Shown: positions 36,433 through 50,729, numbered from the stretch's first letter. The stretch is 64,000 nucleotides of DNA from Octopus sinensis (GCF_006345805.1 NC_042998.1:124930001-124994000); one strand, 5' to 3'. The notes: generated by a model from the sequence alone, not told the origin. Translations and numbers: made by a program.

Positions 36433-37205
36433 TAAGGGTTATGACTGTTGTTGAGATAGTGATTCCATTGTGAATATGATGGGTTTTTTGAAAGCAAACA
36501 TGATGCTAGGTTTAATGAGGATATCATAATAGTTTTAATAATGATGGTCTTGGTATTGGTTTTGCTGTTAACAATATCTTGAAGTTGATTGTAGTCGTGA
36601 TATTCATGACTTTTGGTTTATGTTGATATTTGTTGTGACTGTTGTTTTCTAGATGTGTTATTCATTTTTGTTACTATAGTCGTTGTTAGGGTAGTGATGG
36701 AAGTAGTAGTAGCAGTAGTGGCAATGCTGCTGCTGCTGCTGCTGCAGCTGCTGCTGTTACAAGTTGGACAGATTATCGTTTTTAGCTGTAACAGGAATGG
36801 TTATTGTAGTAGTGCCTTAATGACAGTTACCGTGTAATAGTGGTGTTGTTGTTACTGCTGCGATCATTGTTGATCGTTGTGTAATCTTAATACATTTATT
36901 TATTCCCTATTGAGAAGATCTATGATCAAGAACATTTTTACCATGACTAACTGGCACAGTTTTTAACACACACGTGTGTGTGTGTGTGTGTGTATGTGTG
37001 TGTGCGTGCGCAACTGGATCTGCCAGCATCTCTTCCCTTCAGTACAGGCACAAACATTCTGTTTTTTCTAAGCTTATTGTTATTTGCTGCATGTACAAAC
37101 AGCTTGTTCATTTATATAAAACAAATGTTTTGGTGGGGTTTTGTTCAATAGAAGAGAACACTGACAACTAAACATTGTTTTGTGGGGTGAGGTTCCTTCA
37201 CAATG

Positions 37206-37350
<145 letters not shown>

Positions 37351-37574
37351 TTGGGACATTGTCTATATTTATACTGTGTAATTTCGATCACGTCTCTTTC
37401 AATTTCATGTTTTTGCATAAGGGAATATTAGTATAACACTTACAAACTAGAAAAACACGCAAAGCTCAGAACATCTCAATGCCACACATATACACTTGAA
37501 TATAGAGATGAGCATTATGTTTCCGATATTTGAGTTGTATTTGAAATACAAACTGCACTGTCTCCGCTTTTCTT

Positions 37575-37812
37575 TCAAACATTCAATTTTAGAGAGAATT
37601 ATTTTTTGATTAAATGTAGTTTTCGGTATTGCGGATCATCCGGCCCACATTTGTAGAAGGGGAAAATTTTGAATTTGTCCAGATGCTTACTTTATGGAAT
37701 CTTGTGTAATTCCTCTTGTCGGATGTGTTGCCTGCGGATTCTTGCACGTTGGCAAAGGGAATTATTTGTTTCGCCAACGTAATTTTCTTTGCAGCATGGG
37801 CAGGTAATGCAG
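37575..37812 (-). mobile_element. Penelope-like element, GIY-YIG endonuclease 3' fragment
   Basis: Minus frame CITCPCCKENYVGETNNSLCQRARIRRQHIRQEELHKIP*SKHL...KLNV* is homologous to the 38560-40314 element. The 5' edge abuts (TA)n. Confidence 0.82.
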
Positions 37813-37869
37813 TATATATATATATATATATATATAGAATATATATATATGGGTGTGTGTGATTGTGTA

Positions 37870-38300
37870 TAGAAGAATATATTAATAAAAAGAATTCCAA
37901 CCTTGTCTGATTTTCACGTTTTATTTACAATCTTATAATGATATATTATAAGATAATATATTATAATTGAATAAAATAAAATGAAATAGTAGAATGTTAA
38001 ATATTCATTCTGATTGAACTAGTACTTTCATGCATTGAATTCTGCAATCTTCGGGTTCATGTAGTAGTGTTGACAGTCATGCTTCACAATTTTTGACTGT
38101 AGCAAGATGATTGATTCTGTGCTATAAATACAGCTGGGTAGGCTCCAGAGTGCTAGGTTTTGCAAACTGTATTCTGACCAATCAGTGTGTAGTATCACTC
38201 AATTACTTAAGCTGATTGGTTGGTTGAGCTGATTGGTTTAGGCATCACGCTTTGTTGGACATGTCAAGAGTCCTGTATCTTGACCCTGGCCGAAGCAGCA
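37870..38300 (-). promoter_or_regulatory. Putative Penelope pseudo-LTR: CCAAT cluster, TATA-like box, hammerhead, AATAAA
   Basis: CCAATCAG at 38178(+), 38212-38219(-) and 38229-38236(-); tataaata at 38123-38130; hammerhead at 38015-38059; AATAAA on the minus strand at ~37920-37925. Confidence 0.5.
38015..38059 (-). ncRNA. Minimal type-I hammerhead motif H7
   Basis: Minus: tgaac-CCGAAGA-ttgca-gaattcaa-tgcat-GAAA-GTAC-TA-gttca. Perfect 5-bp stem I, palindromic stem III AGTACT, and a U4->C change in the core. Confidence 0.68.
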
Positions 38301-38559
38301 ATTGTTGGGTTATTTTTAGAAATGTTGTAAATATCCTTTGTCAGAGATTTTTATATTTTTATATTTCAATTGTCATCATCATCATTGTCAGCACCTTAAT
38401 TATTGTTGCTAGTGGTGATGGTGGTGGCAATAGAACTTTTAACCCTAAATAAGATAATTTTCCTGCTATCTTCGTCTTGATCACCTTTAGTATTGTTGTT
38501 GTTGTTAGTGGTCATGGTCGTAGCAGTGGAAGTAATACCTCTAAGTATTATTATTATTA

Positions 38560-40310
38560 TTATTGCTTATTTAGCTTGGGTTCGAATTTATCAATAAAAT
38601 TCTTTTCTCTGATTTTCCTCTCGATTTCACTTGGGCTGTGTAATTTGTAGAATGGAAATATTATATATATTTCCGACCACATGTTGCTAGTGGTTACTCA
38701 AAGGTATCTGACGGACCTCTGGGTCTCTAATCTGTTGCCGGTGTACACGTGAGCGTTCTAATAGTGCGTTTCCCGTCTGACCTACATATATTTCTTCACA
38801 ATTTGGGCATTTGATGCAGTAAATTAAATTTCTGCTTTTGCAGTTCATATTCGCGTTTGTGAATATTTTCCCGGTTTTTGTGTTTATATATTGACCGGTA
38901 TGTATGAATTGGCATGTGCCACATCGGCTATCATTGCATTTAGATACCGTGAATGTTTGGTCTTTGTTGCTGAGGTCAAATTTTGCCTTTGTTAGTAATG
39001 TTTTCAAGTTTTTAGGCTGTCTTTTACTAAGCACCATAGCTCGATCCGTGATTATGTCTTTTAATTCATTACTTTGGGCAATGATTGGTAGGTTTGCTTT
39101 GGCAATGTTGAAGATATTCTGGTGACATGGGTTGTGTGTCACTATGAATGGTATGACTTGTTCTTGTTTTCCTCTTCCTTGGGTTGTCCTAAGTTGTTGT
39201 ATAGGTATTTTTATAGCCCGCTGTATGCCATTTTCTATAAGTAGAGATGGGTATTTTGTTTGAGCAAAAATTCTCTTAGTTCTATTAGGCGTTTGTTCCT
39301 GATATTTGCATCTTCTACAATAGTACAAATTCTTCTGGCTAGGCAGTATGGGATGTTACATTTTGTATGTGGTGGATGGCACGACTTAAAATTTAGGTAT
39401 TGATGTGTGTCTGTGTGTTTATAGTATATATCTGTGGTGATGGTGGTGTCTTTTTTAATTACCATTATATCCAGGAATGGTAATTTGGTACTACTCATCT
39501 CCTTTGTAAATTGGAGAGATGGGTGTAGGTTGTTCAGGAGGATATTGAACTCTTCCAGAGTATTTAGAGATTCTGTCCAGATTATGAAACAGTCGTCTAG
39601 GTATCTCTTCCATGCCTTTTCAATATACTTTCTAAACCCAGTGCCATAGTTTACCTCCACCTCTTGGTAGAGTTGTTCTTCTAAGTATCCCATTACAGAG
39701 TTGGCGTAAACGGGAGCAAACCTCGTTCCCATCGCCGTGCCTCTAATTTGGATGTAATTCTTTCCATTGAAGAAGAATGTGTTATTTTCTAGAATAAGCT
39801 TGACTGTGTCTAATATAAATGGCACACTGTGAATCTGCTGGGAATCACTTCTCTATGTTTTTCTAACCAGTATTTATCGCCTTTATTCCTAAATCGTGTG
39901 GAATATTGGGTGGTGTAGAGGCTACCACATCAAAACTTAGTAAAACTGAATTGTTTCTGTTGTTTTGGGAAGATGGGACAGGAAGTCGATGTCATCCCTG
40001 ATGAAACTTGGTATGTAAGTACATAGTGGTTTCAAAACAATGTCAATAAAATTGCTTAGACGGTGTGTAGGGCATGCTGGACCAGCTATAATAGGTCTAA
40101 GTTTTAGGTCTTTTGGATGTAATAATTTTATGTACTCACTTTCTTGTTCTTTTACTGCCTGTTGAATGTTTTTTGATTTGTGTATTTTTGGTAAGCCGTA
40201 GTAGAAGTTGCTGGGTTTTGGTTCAAAATTGGTGATGTAGTCTTTTTCATTATCCGTAAGTGAGTTGTGGTGTGTTGAAATCAGGTTGTTGATCTTTTCA
40301 TGATGTGGTG

Positions 40311-40314
<4 letters not shown>
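38560..40314 (-). mobile_element. 5'-truncated Penelope-like element (RT + Cys-rich linker + GIY-YIG; Neptune-like)
   Basis: YGLPKIHK, LRPIIAG, ILENNTFFFNG..YIQIRGTAMG, KRYLDD, LPFLD, TDIYYKHTD, CNDSRCGTC, NLIYCIKCPNCEEIYVGQT, REKNFIDKFEPKLNKQ*. Several frameshifts. Bounded by (TA)n at the 5' side and (AAT)n at the 3' side. Confidence 0.93.
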
Positions 40315-40387
<73 letters not shown>

Positions 40388-40392
40388 CATAT
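40315..40392. repeat. (TA)n microsatellite
   Basis: Direct reading. Confidence 0.95.
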
Positions 40393-42246
40393 GAACAGAA
40401 AGAAGGCAACAATGAGATAAAAATTAGACAACAGCAGAGCAAACGAAAAACTAGACGAAATCTTAACGGACGGGAAATTTAGGCAAAAACACGATACGCG
40501 GAATATTTGCAGTTGATTTCCTCGTCAGTCAGTGATCCAAAATATCCTAATAGTTTCGCGCTATTTAGCATTGAGACCACTCAACGTTGGAGGCGCCAGA
40601 GCATAGGCCTCTGATATATGTACATTTTCTTTGTTTGCTTTTATATTATATGCCCATCTTTCAAGATGTATCAAATTCATTTACGTAGGAAATAAAGTTT
40701 TATCCAGTACTCAATTGGAAATTTCTTCATAGACGCCTATAGTAAAGACCAAAAGAATTCAGTAATTTGATTTTTTTTTTTGCTTTGTTTTGTATTTCTT
40801 TTCAAGAATTCAAAAGGATGGCTCTTGTACAATGTTAGAGACATTCATATAAGAGAACAATGTTAAATAAAACATCAAATGACTTTGTAATCGTTGATTT
40901 TATAATATTTTAAAATTCACATATATTTAGAGACTCGAGTAAAGGCATCTTTCTGAGTTCCTGAGCGCGAAGATTTTACACAGGGATTTTCAGTAAACCA
41001 TGTTCAAACTTCTTGTTGCATTAATATTCGCCGGATAGATCTTTGTATGTTAAATGTTTGTGAAAGGCGCATACAGTTGGGAACGCAGACACTAGAGTTG
41101 CTACAATTTACATTGAGGAGAAATTTGCGCAACTGTATTGGAAAATTTTCTTCTATTTATACTAGCTATGGGAGTAGCAAATATTTGATACAACTACAGC
41201 CCAGCCTAGTGTTATTTCTCTTAAAGGGCTTACAATGCCTATGATTGACAGACAAATGCATAAAATCGGGAAAACCCCGACAACCTTAGAACAAACGTAT
41301 AAACAAAATAGATAGTCATATCATATAATGTTTCGTTTTCTATGGTTTTGTTCATAAGTAATTGATATTTACCACCATATTAGTATTTACAGTTTCCCAT
41401 CTTCAGCTCTCCTGTAGCTATTTTACTAGTAGTCATTTGTATCTTTCAATATTATCGCTGTTAAAATTTTGTATTATTATCATTATTATTATAAACACCA
41501 GATATTATTCTTTATAGTATATATTTACACATTACAAATTCATATATTCATAGTCCACAGCGCTAAACTTTATATTTTTGTTTCATTCTCTAGGGAGTCG
41601 TTAAGTATTGATATCAATTTTATCGATTATACATTTTCTTCCTAAAATGTTTGACTGTGCTTATATTACAAATTATGAAAACGGCCATCTGGCAGAATCC
41701 TTTCCTCGTCGGTAAAATACCATGCAACAATATTGTTCTGGTTCTTTATATCTTTTTGTTCAAATCCCATCGAAATAGAAAATATATCCATTTCAAGTGC
41801 AGGGATCGATTTAATTTACTAATCCCTCCCCCATCAAACCTGAAGCGATGTGCCTAAGAAAGAAACACTTATTAGGGTAATATAAAGAACGGTAGAAGCG
41901 AGAGAGCATAGGGAAATAATGCTTTGCAGCATTCCTTCCAGTTTTCTGAATTCAATTTCTTCCAAGATCAATGTTTCTTTGTTTTTGTTTTTGTTTTTTG
42001 TTGTTCTTTTTTGTAGAGTCGGTAAAGTAATGTACCGTCGCTCAGGTATTGAGTTCGATGGTAACGGTTAACAGCTACCCACTAAAAATTGGTGGCATTG
42101 TGCTTAACTCAGAATCTATTATTATTATTATTATTATTATTATTGTTGTTGTTGTTGTTATTATTAATTCAACTGATTTCACATGATAACTATGGCACTC
42201 TTCTATTTATTTTTCTATAACGTCTGGATGCGTTACCTTGGTCCTA

Positions 42247-42282
<36 letters not shown>

Positions 42283-45200
42283 TACTACTATTATTATTAG
42301 GTCTTTACAGACAAATCTAGGGTTGTTATGCACGCATTCGTTCAGTGCTCGAGCATTTCTAACACGTAGAATTACGTCTAACTGCTGCTACAAAACTCGT
42401 TATCGTTCTGCCTCCGCCCTAAAGATCAACCCGCGCCTTCTGTTGTTCGAGAAGGGCAAGTAGTTTTCTGTCTAGTTGCTATGGTGAAAGTGGTTGCATG
42501 GTGAACGACACCAAAATGATCTGGGAAGCTTTCCTCTTCGAGGAATCCCCCATCGAACTTTTTTCAATTCCATTTGGAAATGAAGGTGAGGGTTGCGATG
42601 AATGTAATCTCGTTGAAAGCTATATGTATAGCCCGAGTGAATAACCAATTCTAAAGTTGTGCCTACAGGCTGAGGAGTACGAAGGCGAGAGGGGCACTTG
42701 CTATGGTACTCATGGCAAGTAAGGATCTGTGGAGCTCCTTGATTGCCCGTGAGTAATGTTTCAACGCTATTGGAGAATTTCTTTGTTAGATTTTTGTTAC
42801 TTGTTATTGTTGTTATTGTTTACAACGTTCTTTGGAAATCTCAGCTGTCTCTCGTCTTCGTATTGTCTAAATTGCTTATCGTGGCCCTATGACCAACAGA
42901 GAAGAAATTATCGTCGTCGTCGTCGTCGTCGCCGTCATCATCATTATCATTATATTCATCGTCGTCCTTATCATCATCATCATTGTCAGGGGTATGAGTA
43001 GCAGAATCGAAAGAATACCAGACAAAACACCTAGCAACTTTTAAATGCTTCTTTTGCAATTTTTAACGAATTCTTTTTTCTTTTTTTCTTTTTTGGATTT
43101 CTACATATTTTCCATAAAATATTGATTTTATTTGAAACAAAATGAAAACAAGAGAGCAAGATGAATATTTGTGGGAGAAACCGAAATTGTGCCAGCATAT
43201 TACAAATTATTACTTTATCGACTTCTTTCGAATGTTAACCAAATTCACCCAACCCACGCGAGCACCTAAACACACATGAATAAAAGACTTTTTCACCAAA
43301 GCTTAACTGTCTGACAACTTGCAATTGGATTCATGAATTATTATTTGACTCTTGGGTGGTTTTTGTTGCTATCCATAAAATCATAAATATTATAGCAAAA
43401 GTAAAAGGAGATGATTTGGTGGAAAGAACCGTATTGTAGCAGAAGTACGATGCTTTGACTGAAACTATAGAGTGTCGAACAAAATGCACTGCTAACCACG
43501 CTGAGGTCAATTTTGCTTTTCACACTTCAGGGGTCGATCGATAAATTAGTACTAATCCAGGTAAAGTATTGTAGTCGACATAATCAACTATATCTTGTAC
43601 CGAAATTTGAATTGTGCCTACGTAAGGCAATAGATTTACAGTAGAGAGAGGGTGAAATACATGATTTTATTGTTATTTTGGGGGCGCGTTAATGCGTTTA
43701 TTGGTAATATATATATTACTTAAGCAATTGTACTTTTTCTTACACTTGGGTGAACGGAAGGAAGCCCGTAGAAGTTAATATTCTGTCAAGAAATACATTA
43801 AACTGCTTTAAGGCGGATTTAAACTCATGGGAGAAAGGTTCAATTCACATTGTAATCCATTTATAATCTTTCTCTTATATACAACTAATAACCTACATCT
43901 GTGTTGTACTAACATAGACCGACCTCTACCAAGGACACTGTAATAGCATTTCTATATAACAGACTTCACATGTTTAGTAATCTCACTGAAAAAATCGATG
44001 TGTCGAAGAATCAGTAATTATATTCCACCTTGGGATATAATCGATAAATTAAACTAAAACTAATGAAGCAACCATAAATGAAATTAGAAAATGAAACAAT
44101 GACACTCAAACTTAAGCAGACTTAACTCATGATTTCTTCCACAGACAACGAGATATTTGCAGAAAAGTTCATGTATATTGCCCATTGAATCATCACCAGT
44201 ATATTCTGATATATAATTGTTATACTTTTAAAGGATTAAATGTAAGTAGTAAATAACAATTTTAGACATTACATCCATTTAGCAGCAGATGATAATTTGT
44301 CTACTTTATGTCTTAGACAATGTCTTGTTAGGAAAATCGCGATCTTTGAGGTCAGCTGCTTCTGCACACAAAACGTCATAGATCAGTATGCATCCTAATA
44401 TCAAACATTATTCCTCATGACCACATACATATTTCTGTTGCGGCTGAGAGAAAATTTATAAAGCTACGAATTCTTTTATATTAGATAAATCTAATATATC
44501 AGTTCCAACACATTTTCTTTCTGTTTTGTTTTTTGTCAATGAACATAGTTCTTTTGTTTAGTATAAAGTTTCTACAGCGGTTATATATTGTTATCGTATA
44601 CTCTGAAGATTGGACAAGCGGTAATTGAAACACTAAAAACGAATTTGCCCCTGGATGTTTTAACACTGAACTAAACAACATATGCTCATAAATCTGTTCT
44701 CTGTGTTTTCTTAAGCTTATAACAGTAACTGTTTCTATTATTATTATTACTATTAAAGTGAAGCGGCCTCTTTATTGAATCCACTATGAATATTCCTTTT
44801 AACCAATTTCTTTCCATTTGGATTCTCCTCGGTGGATCTCCAAATAGAAGATCTGTTTGAACTCACTTTTCGTGTTTTTGATTTATTTTAAAATCCTAAT
44901 GGCATTGTCGAACAAAAGTAACGTATTAGAGAGAGCAAACGTGAGTAAAAAGTAACACGTCTACTTTAATTGAGCACCTATGTGACCATCGTGTCTTGTT
45001 GCATGCCGAGAACTATATTGTTCACTATATCCTCTTTTTAGACTGTAATGTGCAATTTTAGGGGCATTTTCTAGTTGGTCAAGCGTTCGCGTATAGCAAG
45101 CATCCTTTGTTGATTGTTATAGTATATAGCTCACTGTTAAAATGATCAGATGTTGAAACAACAAGAGATATACTGTTAACACAATTACAAGGTATACTAA

Positions 45201-46915
45201 TGTATGAAGATGTCCTGAAATCATAGTTTTACCTGTGAATTGAATATGTTTTTGCTAGATTCTCTCTCTGATGTGAGCATTCTTGCAACAGGTGCGCCAG
45301 TCGATGAAGAGCTTGTACACAAATATAAATCATATATTAACTTTCTAAAATTATATTAACTCGTCATGTCACCTTTGGCTCCGAAAGAAAAAAGAAAGAC
45401 TTAAATACTGAGTGTAAAAACTTGAAAGGATATAAACTACCCCAACCACCACTATACAAAAAGAATAATTTAATATTCTAACCGAGAGAAGATTAGATAG
45501 AGTGAATGCGCTGGCAGTAAATGGACTAAAAGAAATACGAGTGATATGTTCCATACAAGAAATTGTTTGTACTCACATGATTACAAGTCTTTGATCGGCA
45601 AGTTTACCGAAGTGACAGAAGAAAAAGTATGTAGACTAGGAAGGCTTTAATGAAATGCTTCATTATTCAAACAGGACATCGTAGTAAAGAAACAAAATAT
45701 TCCGACTATTCATGTGTATATGCGCTCGCGCGAGTATGTGTTATTTATAAGAGAGGAAAAAGTAACAGAGGTAAAATGTAGAGTATATTTATATTTAATC
45801 ATACTGATGATTAATGTCGTTCCCTAATTGTAGTATTTGAGATTTCTCGATCAGTCAGGTATACAGAGCTTTATCCAATAAAAAGATTCCAAGTTGGGAG
45901 CAAGGGACGCTGATTTAAATAATTCTTGCGTTATTGAAGCTATATTCACCTTTAGAGGATGTATCACAATTACCAAATCGCAATTTAAAACAGCTCTTCC
46001 TGTGAAAGGGAGATAATCTCAAGGATTCTCTCAAGTTAACATACCAATAAGGAAAAGGACAGATTTATTGTTTGGAGACAGCGGACAGTTGTGGATACAT
46101 TTTTCTGCCTCAATAGACATCATTAGCTCAACAATTTTCCTTCTTTATTTCCAGTAGCAAAAGAAACTAGAAATGTACATATTACATCGGCCATAAATGA
46201 GTTCAGTTTTTTTTTTTTTTTTTGTATGTCTAACTCCTCCGGTTATCTGTAAAACTGTCTAAACGATCTTTTACTGCTATATAGTGGCGATATGGATTAA
46301 AGCTTTCAACTCGGTTTTCTAGACATAAATGTGTTCCACCTTCTTGTAGCTTTTTTTTTTCACAACGTTACTTATATTGTATGAGCTTGCCTCTTCTCCT
46401 GTATATTTGAGTTAGATTAGCTAAAACTGTATATATTCTCGTGTAGGTCGTAAATGTTTGAAGGATGGTACATATCCGTTTAACATTAGTTCGGAAGATA
46501 CTGTTGTGATTATTAAGTCTTACAATTTATTAGTTAACTAAAGACCTATTCAAATGTACATGTGTATGTGAGCGAGTCTGCTTATATATACTGACAAAGG
46601 GGATAAGGGAGCAAGTAGTCAAGTATTGGATTCGCTGCCACTTCGTGCTATTACAGCCTCATACCGAACTAAGCTTTACGGGGGAAATTGGATTGATGGA
46701 AAGCTTGCAGAATCCAATCGGATTCACGTTGCCTATAATTTAAGGGTCCCACTTTGTCACTAACTGTGCCACGATAATTCTGCCTAATGATTACGTTAAC
46801 AATACACGTTTCTGTAAAATATTCAGGAGGAAGTTATACGCGCACTCTATCACAATGAAGAGGTGATTTAGATAATCGAACACGCCGAAGCCCATGAAGA
46901 AATAATCTATTTACC

Positions 46916-46964
<49 letters not shown>

Positions 46965-47038
46965 CGTGTGTGTTTAAGTAACTGACGCTTTGAATAATAT
47001 CGTGTGTATACTGTGCGTATGTCTCTGCGGGTATGTGC

Positions 47039-48048
47039 AAGGGTTGGACAAAATAATGGAAGCAACTAGCATCGTAGCATCATCATTTTGAAATATCTAT
47101 AAAACCGTCAAAAGCTTGTTTGTTTTTTTTTTTTTTTTGATTTATGATTTATCATTAGTATTGCTTAATTCGTTTTGTTAAAATTGCTGTTTCTTTTCAG
47201 TTATCATCAGAAAAAGGTAATTAAAATTCATTAAACTGACAGACCTATCGAACTTTCAAAGAGGTCAATTTGTTGGTGCTCGTATGGCAAGCTCTAGCGT
47301 AACGAAAACACCCGAAATGTTTGGTGTATCATGAAGTACTGTCTCGAAAGTAATGATAGTCTTTGAGAAACAGGGAAAAACCTCCTCGTCGAAACAAAAT
47401 TCGGAAGAAAACCAAAACTTTCAGGGACCGTCTCACCCTTACGTGAATTGTTAGAAAGGATCACAAAAGTACAGCTCCCAAAATTACTGCAGAGCTTAAT
47501 GACCACCTCGAGAACACAGTTTTCATAAAAATTGCTCGCAGGGTGTTGCACAAAGCCGGATTTCACGGAAGGGCTGCTATCAGAAAAACACTACTTTCAA
47601 AAACAAACGTTTTGGCGTTTAGAGTAGAGTCAAAACCTACAAAATTGGTCCCTAGAGCAGTGGAAGAATGTTATTTCCTTGGACGAGTCATTTTTTACTT
47701 TATTTCCGACCACCGGCTGAGTATACGTGTGGAGAGGTTCAAAAGAAGTACTTGACTCAGACTGTCTTCTTCCGACTGTTAAACATGGAGGATGATCTGT
47801 AATGATCTGCGGGGCTATATCTTAGAAATCCGCCGGCCCAATGGTTTCCCTTCCATCATCACTACAAGAACTGGAGACTGTTTTAGCTGAAAAATGAACA
47901 AAAATTCCTTTGGAAACAACTCAAACTTTGTACGAGTCCATACCTCGTAGAATTCAAGCTGTAATTACTGCCAAAGGCGGTCCTACCCCATACGAAAATA
48001 AATTTGCTTAAAATTTTAAGGTGTTTCCATTATTTTGTCCAAACCCTG
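47039..48048 (+). mobile_element. Tc1-family DNA transposon, decayed with an internal deletion
   Basis: TIRs agggttggacaaaataatggaa / ttccattattttgtccaaaccctg. Peptide DLSNFQRGQFVGARM...GRKPKLS...LHKAGFHGRAAIRK...WKNVISLDES...PTVKHGG*SVMICG, then a deletion, then IPRRIQAVITAKGGPTPY. Confidence 0.9.
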
Positions 48049-49104
48049 TGTGTGTATACGTTTAACTGGTGCTTTGAATAATATCATATGCGTGCTATGT
48101 GTGTTTGTGCGTATTTATGTGTTCTATATGTATGGGATTGCATCCAGCATGATTATTGCTCTTGTTTCTGTTGTGGTTACTGTTGTTATTATTCTTGTTC
48201 GTTCGAAGTAATCTCGAGTGAATCGGCTGCTGTCTGATTATTGGATCAGCTGTCTAGTATAAAGACACTTCCTTCTCCTTCAATAGGTCACCGCTAAACA
48301 AATAGTTACAAACAGAATAGAACTGTGCTAATGGCCTAGCTGGTGTGGTGAGACATCATAATTAGTGGTATGTGTACAACGTACTGTATAATTAACAAAC
48401 TCACCTAATTACTATAATTTGTTCATATCTCCTAACTGATTCATGACAAGATAGAGCACCTCTAATGATCTTCCTCTTCCGACTATTCTAATTATTGTTA
48501 TTGTTTGCTATTAGCCAATACATGTATCACCACTAATATCGACTTTCACAGTGAGTGTAAACAAAGTACTTTAGAAAGAGCTAGATTGTGATTTAATCAT
48601 TAAATTGCTGAAATACCAAGCGAAGTGCTGACGGTTTATATACGATCATCAGTGTGACAATAGTAAAAAAACTTATCAATCAATCCACCAGTGTATTAAA
48701 TTCTGCTGATAGCAGTGGATGTGATTTTATGTCAACGAGTGTTTTATTACTTTGCAATACTGGGTTTAATGAATTCAAATCCATCTTGGAGATGAACATG
48801 AAATAACTATTGGTACCTAGCTTTTTATTGGTTTTCAGATGCATCATACAATAATAGTAAAAAGACAAACGATAAAGTAGTAAACTATTTATTATATGTT
48901 ATACAAGTCAATGTCCTAGAAAATATCATTATTTGTGTGTGTGTGTGTGTGGTTATATCTTAAGCATGAAATCTATAAAATATTCAGTTATTTCAAAATT
49001 TCTGAAATATTGTTCGCATGAGATTGAAAATATCCTTTAGAAAGAACAGGAAACGCGTTGGGGTGGATATGTCAAATTTTTACATATAAAAAAGAAATGG
49101 CACT

Positions 49105-49470
49105 CGGTTTGTTGACTAAATTGACCTTTCGGCGTGGATGGTACAATGTTTCCTCAACCCTGAAAGAATGGATGACAAAGTTGATCTTGGTGGGATTCGA
49201 AACCAGAATGTAAAGAGCCGTAACTATTGTGAGACATTTCTCCGATGTTTTAACGATTCTGCCAGTACATCATCTAGAGAAATATCAATAAGAAAATTTA
49301 CTTCAACAACACACACGAGCTTCTGCAGTTTCCCTCTACCAAATGTCGTTTCCTAATTTATTGATTGGTCGGTCAAACTGAAGCTGTAAAAAAACACATT
49401 CGCCAAAGTGGCTGCGCAATGAGAGCTAACCTGGAACCACGTTGTCGTAATGCGAACTTTCTAACCACAC
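49105..49470 (-). mobile_element. Diverged SINE family A copy followed by a SINE family B head fragment
   Basis: Similarity to 50324-50540 (49105-49270) and to 60070-60242 (49330-49470). Confidence 0.6.
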
Positions 49471-49634
49471 AGTTAAGCAGGGATCCCTGGATTATTTCAT
49501 AGGATAGTTGATCAGTTATATTGGCTGTGTTGTGAAGGAGGGAAGATGGAATTATTACAACGCTAAATTAAAAGATAAGTCGAAATGGAAACGTTGTTCA
49601 TGTCCAAAATGGCTCATGAAAATTTGTTTTCTTT

Positions 49635-49750
49635 CTTTCCCCATCTCTCTCTCTTTTTCTCTCTCTCACTCTCTCTCTCTTTCTTTCTCTCTTTCTTTCT
49701 CTCTTTCTCTCTCTCTCTCTTCTCTCTCTCTTTCTCTCTCTTTCTCTCCA
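49635..49750. repeat. (CT)n / CTTT pyrimidine tract
   Basis: Direct reading. Confidence 0.9.
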
Positions 49751-50323
49751 GAATATCCTTGTGGATTTGCATATTAGGGGTGTTACGTAATAGGAGGATT
49801 AAATATAATTATGCGGTGCCCAAGCCTTTCTCAGTGGAATTGGCATCGTACATAACATGAAATTACATTATTTAGCGTCGAAACAAATTGCTAACTCGGC
49901 TCTCGCAGTGTTACTCATTGCTATATGCTCTTCGTAATATCCTACCCTAACAGAGATACGTTTTTAAAATATCAGGTTGATCTTTCCGTAGTTAAACTGG
50001 TTGAAGTGAATAATTAGTAAGTCAAATTAGCAAACACTTATACATTTATAACAGGTCATTTGTAAAATAAATTACAGAAGACGTAATAACACTTGACCTA
50101 TTTTCATAAATACGGGAGACAATCGTCCATAAATATCTTCATTCCTTCTTACTATATTAACGGGATAATTATCACTAAAAATATATACTGTTAAATGAAA
50201 TTATTTGATTCTATTACCATAACAATTGATATGGCTGACTTGCCACGCGATCCGCCATCGTCCCTCACTGAAAATACTTTTTTAATATTTCAGACAATTA
50301 TTTCAATAGAAAGTTTGGTGAAT

Positions 50324-50540
50324 AAGGCGTCGAGCTGGCAGAAATGTTAGCACGCCGGGCGAAATTATTAGCGCTATTTCGTCTGTCTTTACGGTCTGAG
50401 TTCAAATTCCCCCGAGGTCGACTTTGCCTTTCATCCTTTCGGTTGTGGGTAAATTAAGTACCAGCTGCGTACTGGGGTCGATCTAATCGACTAGTCCCCT
50501 CCCCAAAAATTTCAGGCTTTGTGCCTAGAGTAGAAAAGAA
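50324..50540 (+). mobile_element. Full-length SINE family A copy (reference copy)
   Basis: tRNA-like A box (gagctggcagaaatg) and B box (gagttcaaattcc), core tactggggtcgatctaatcgac, tail gtgcctagagtagaaaagaa. Confidence 0.9.
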
Positions 50541-50729
50541 ATTTTGGTGAATTAAAGTTAGCATTATTTTGGATAATTTTTGTTTCAATTTAATTTATCA
50601 ATAGTTGGAATATTCGTTATGGAACATTGAATATTCCAGTGCTACACATATCTCCATGGATTTGATTAGACATTACGAGTCATAAAACTATCAACACTGT
50701 TCTTAATCAAAATGTTAAGAATATAGAAA

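Noticed and set aside
35266-36837. Hydrophobic membrane-like ORFs (35266, 36613; also 12163 and 55860)
   Set aside because: They derive from GTN/GTT-rich or purine/pyrimidine low-complexity DNA; no family signature.
45290-45340. Penelope RT-like KSLYTNINH
   Set aside because: Isolated short match with no flanking RT motifs.
50324-50415. tRNA gene
   Set aside because: A and B boxes are present but no cloverleaf can be formed, and the sequence continues into a SINE body seen many times.
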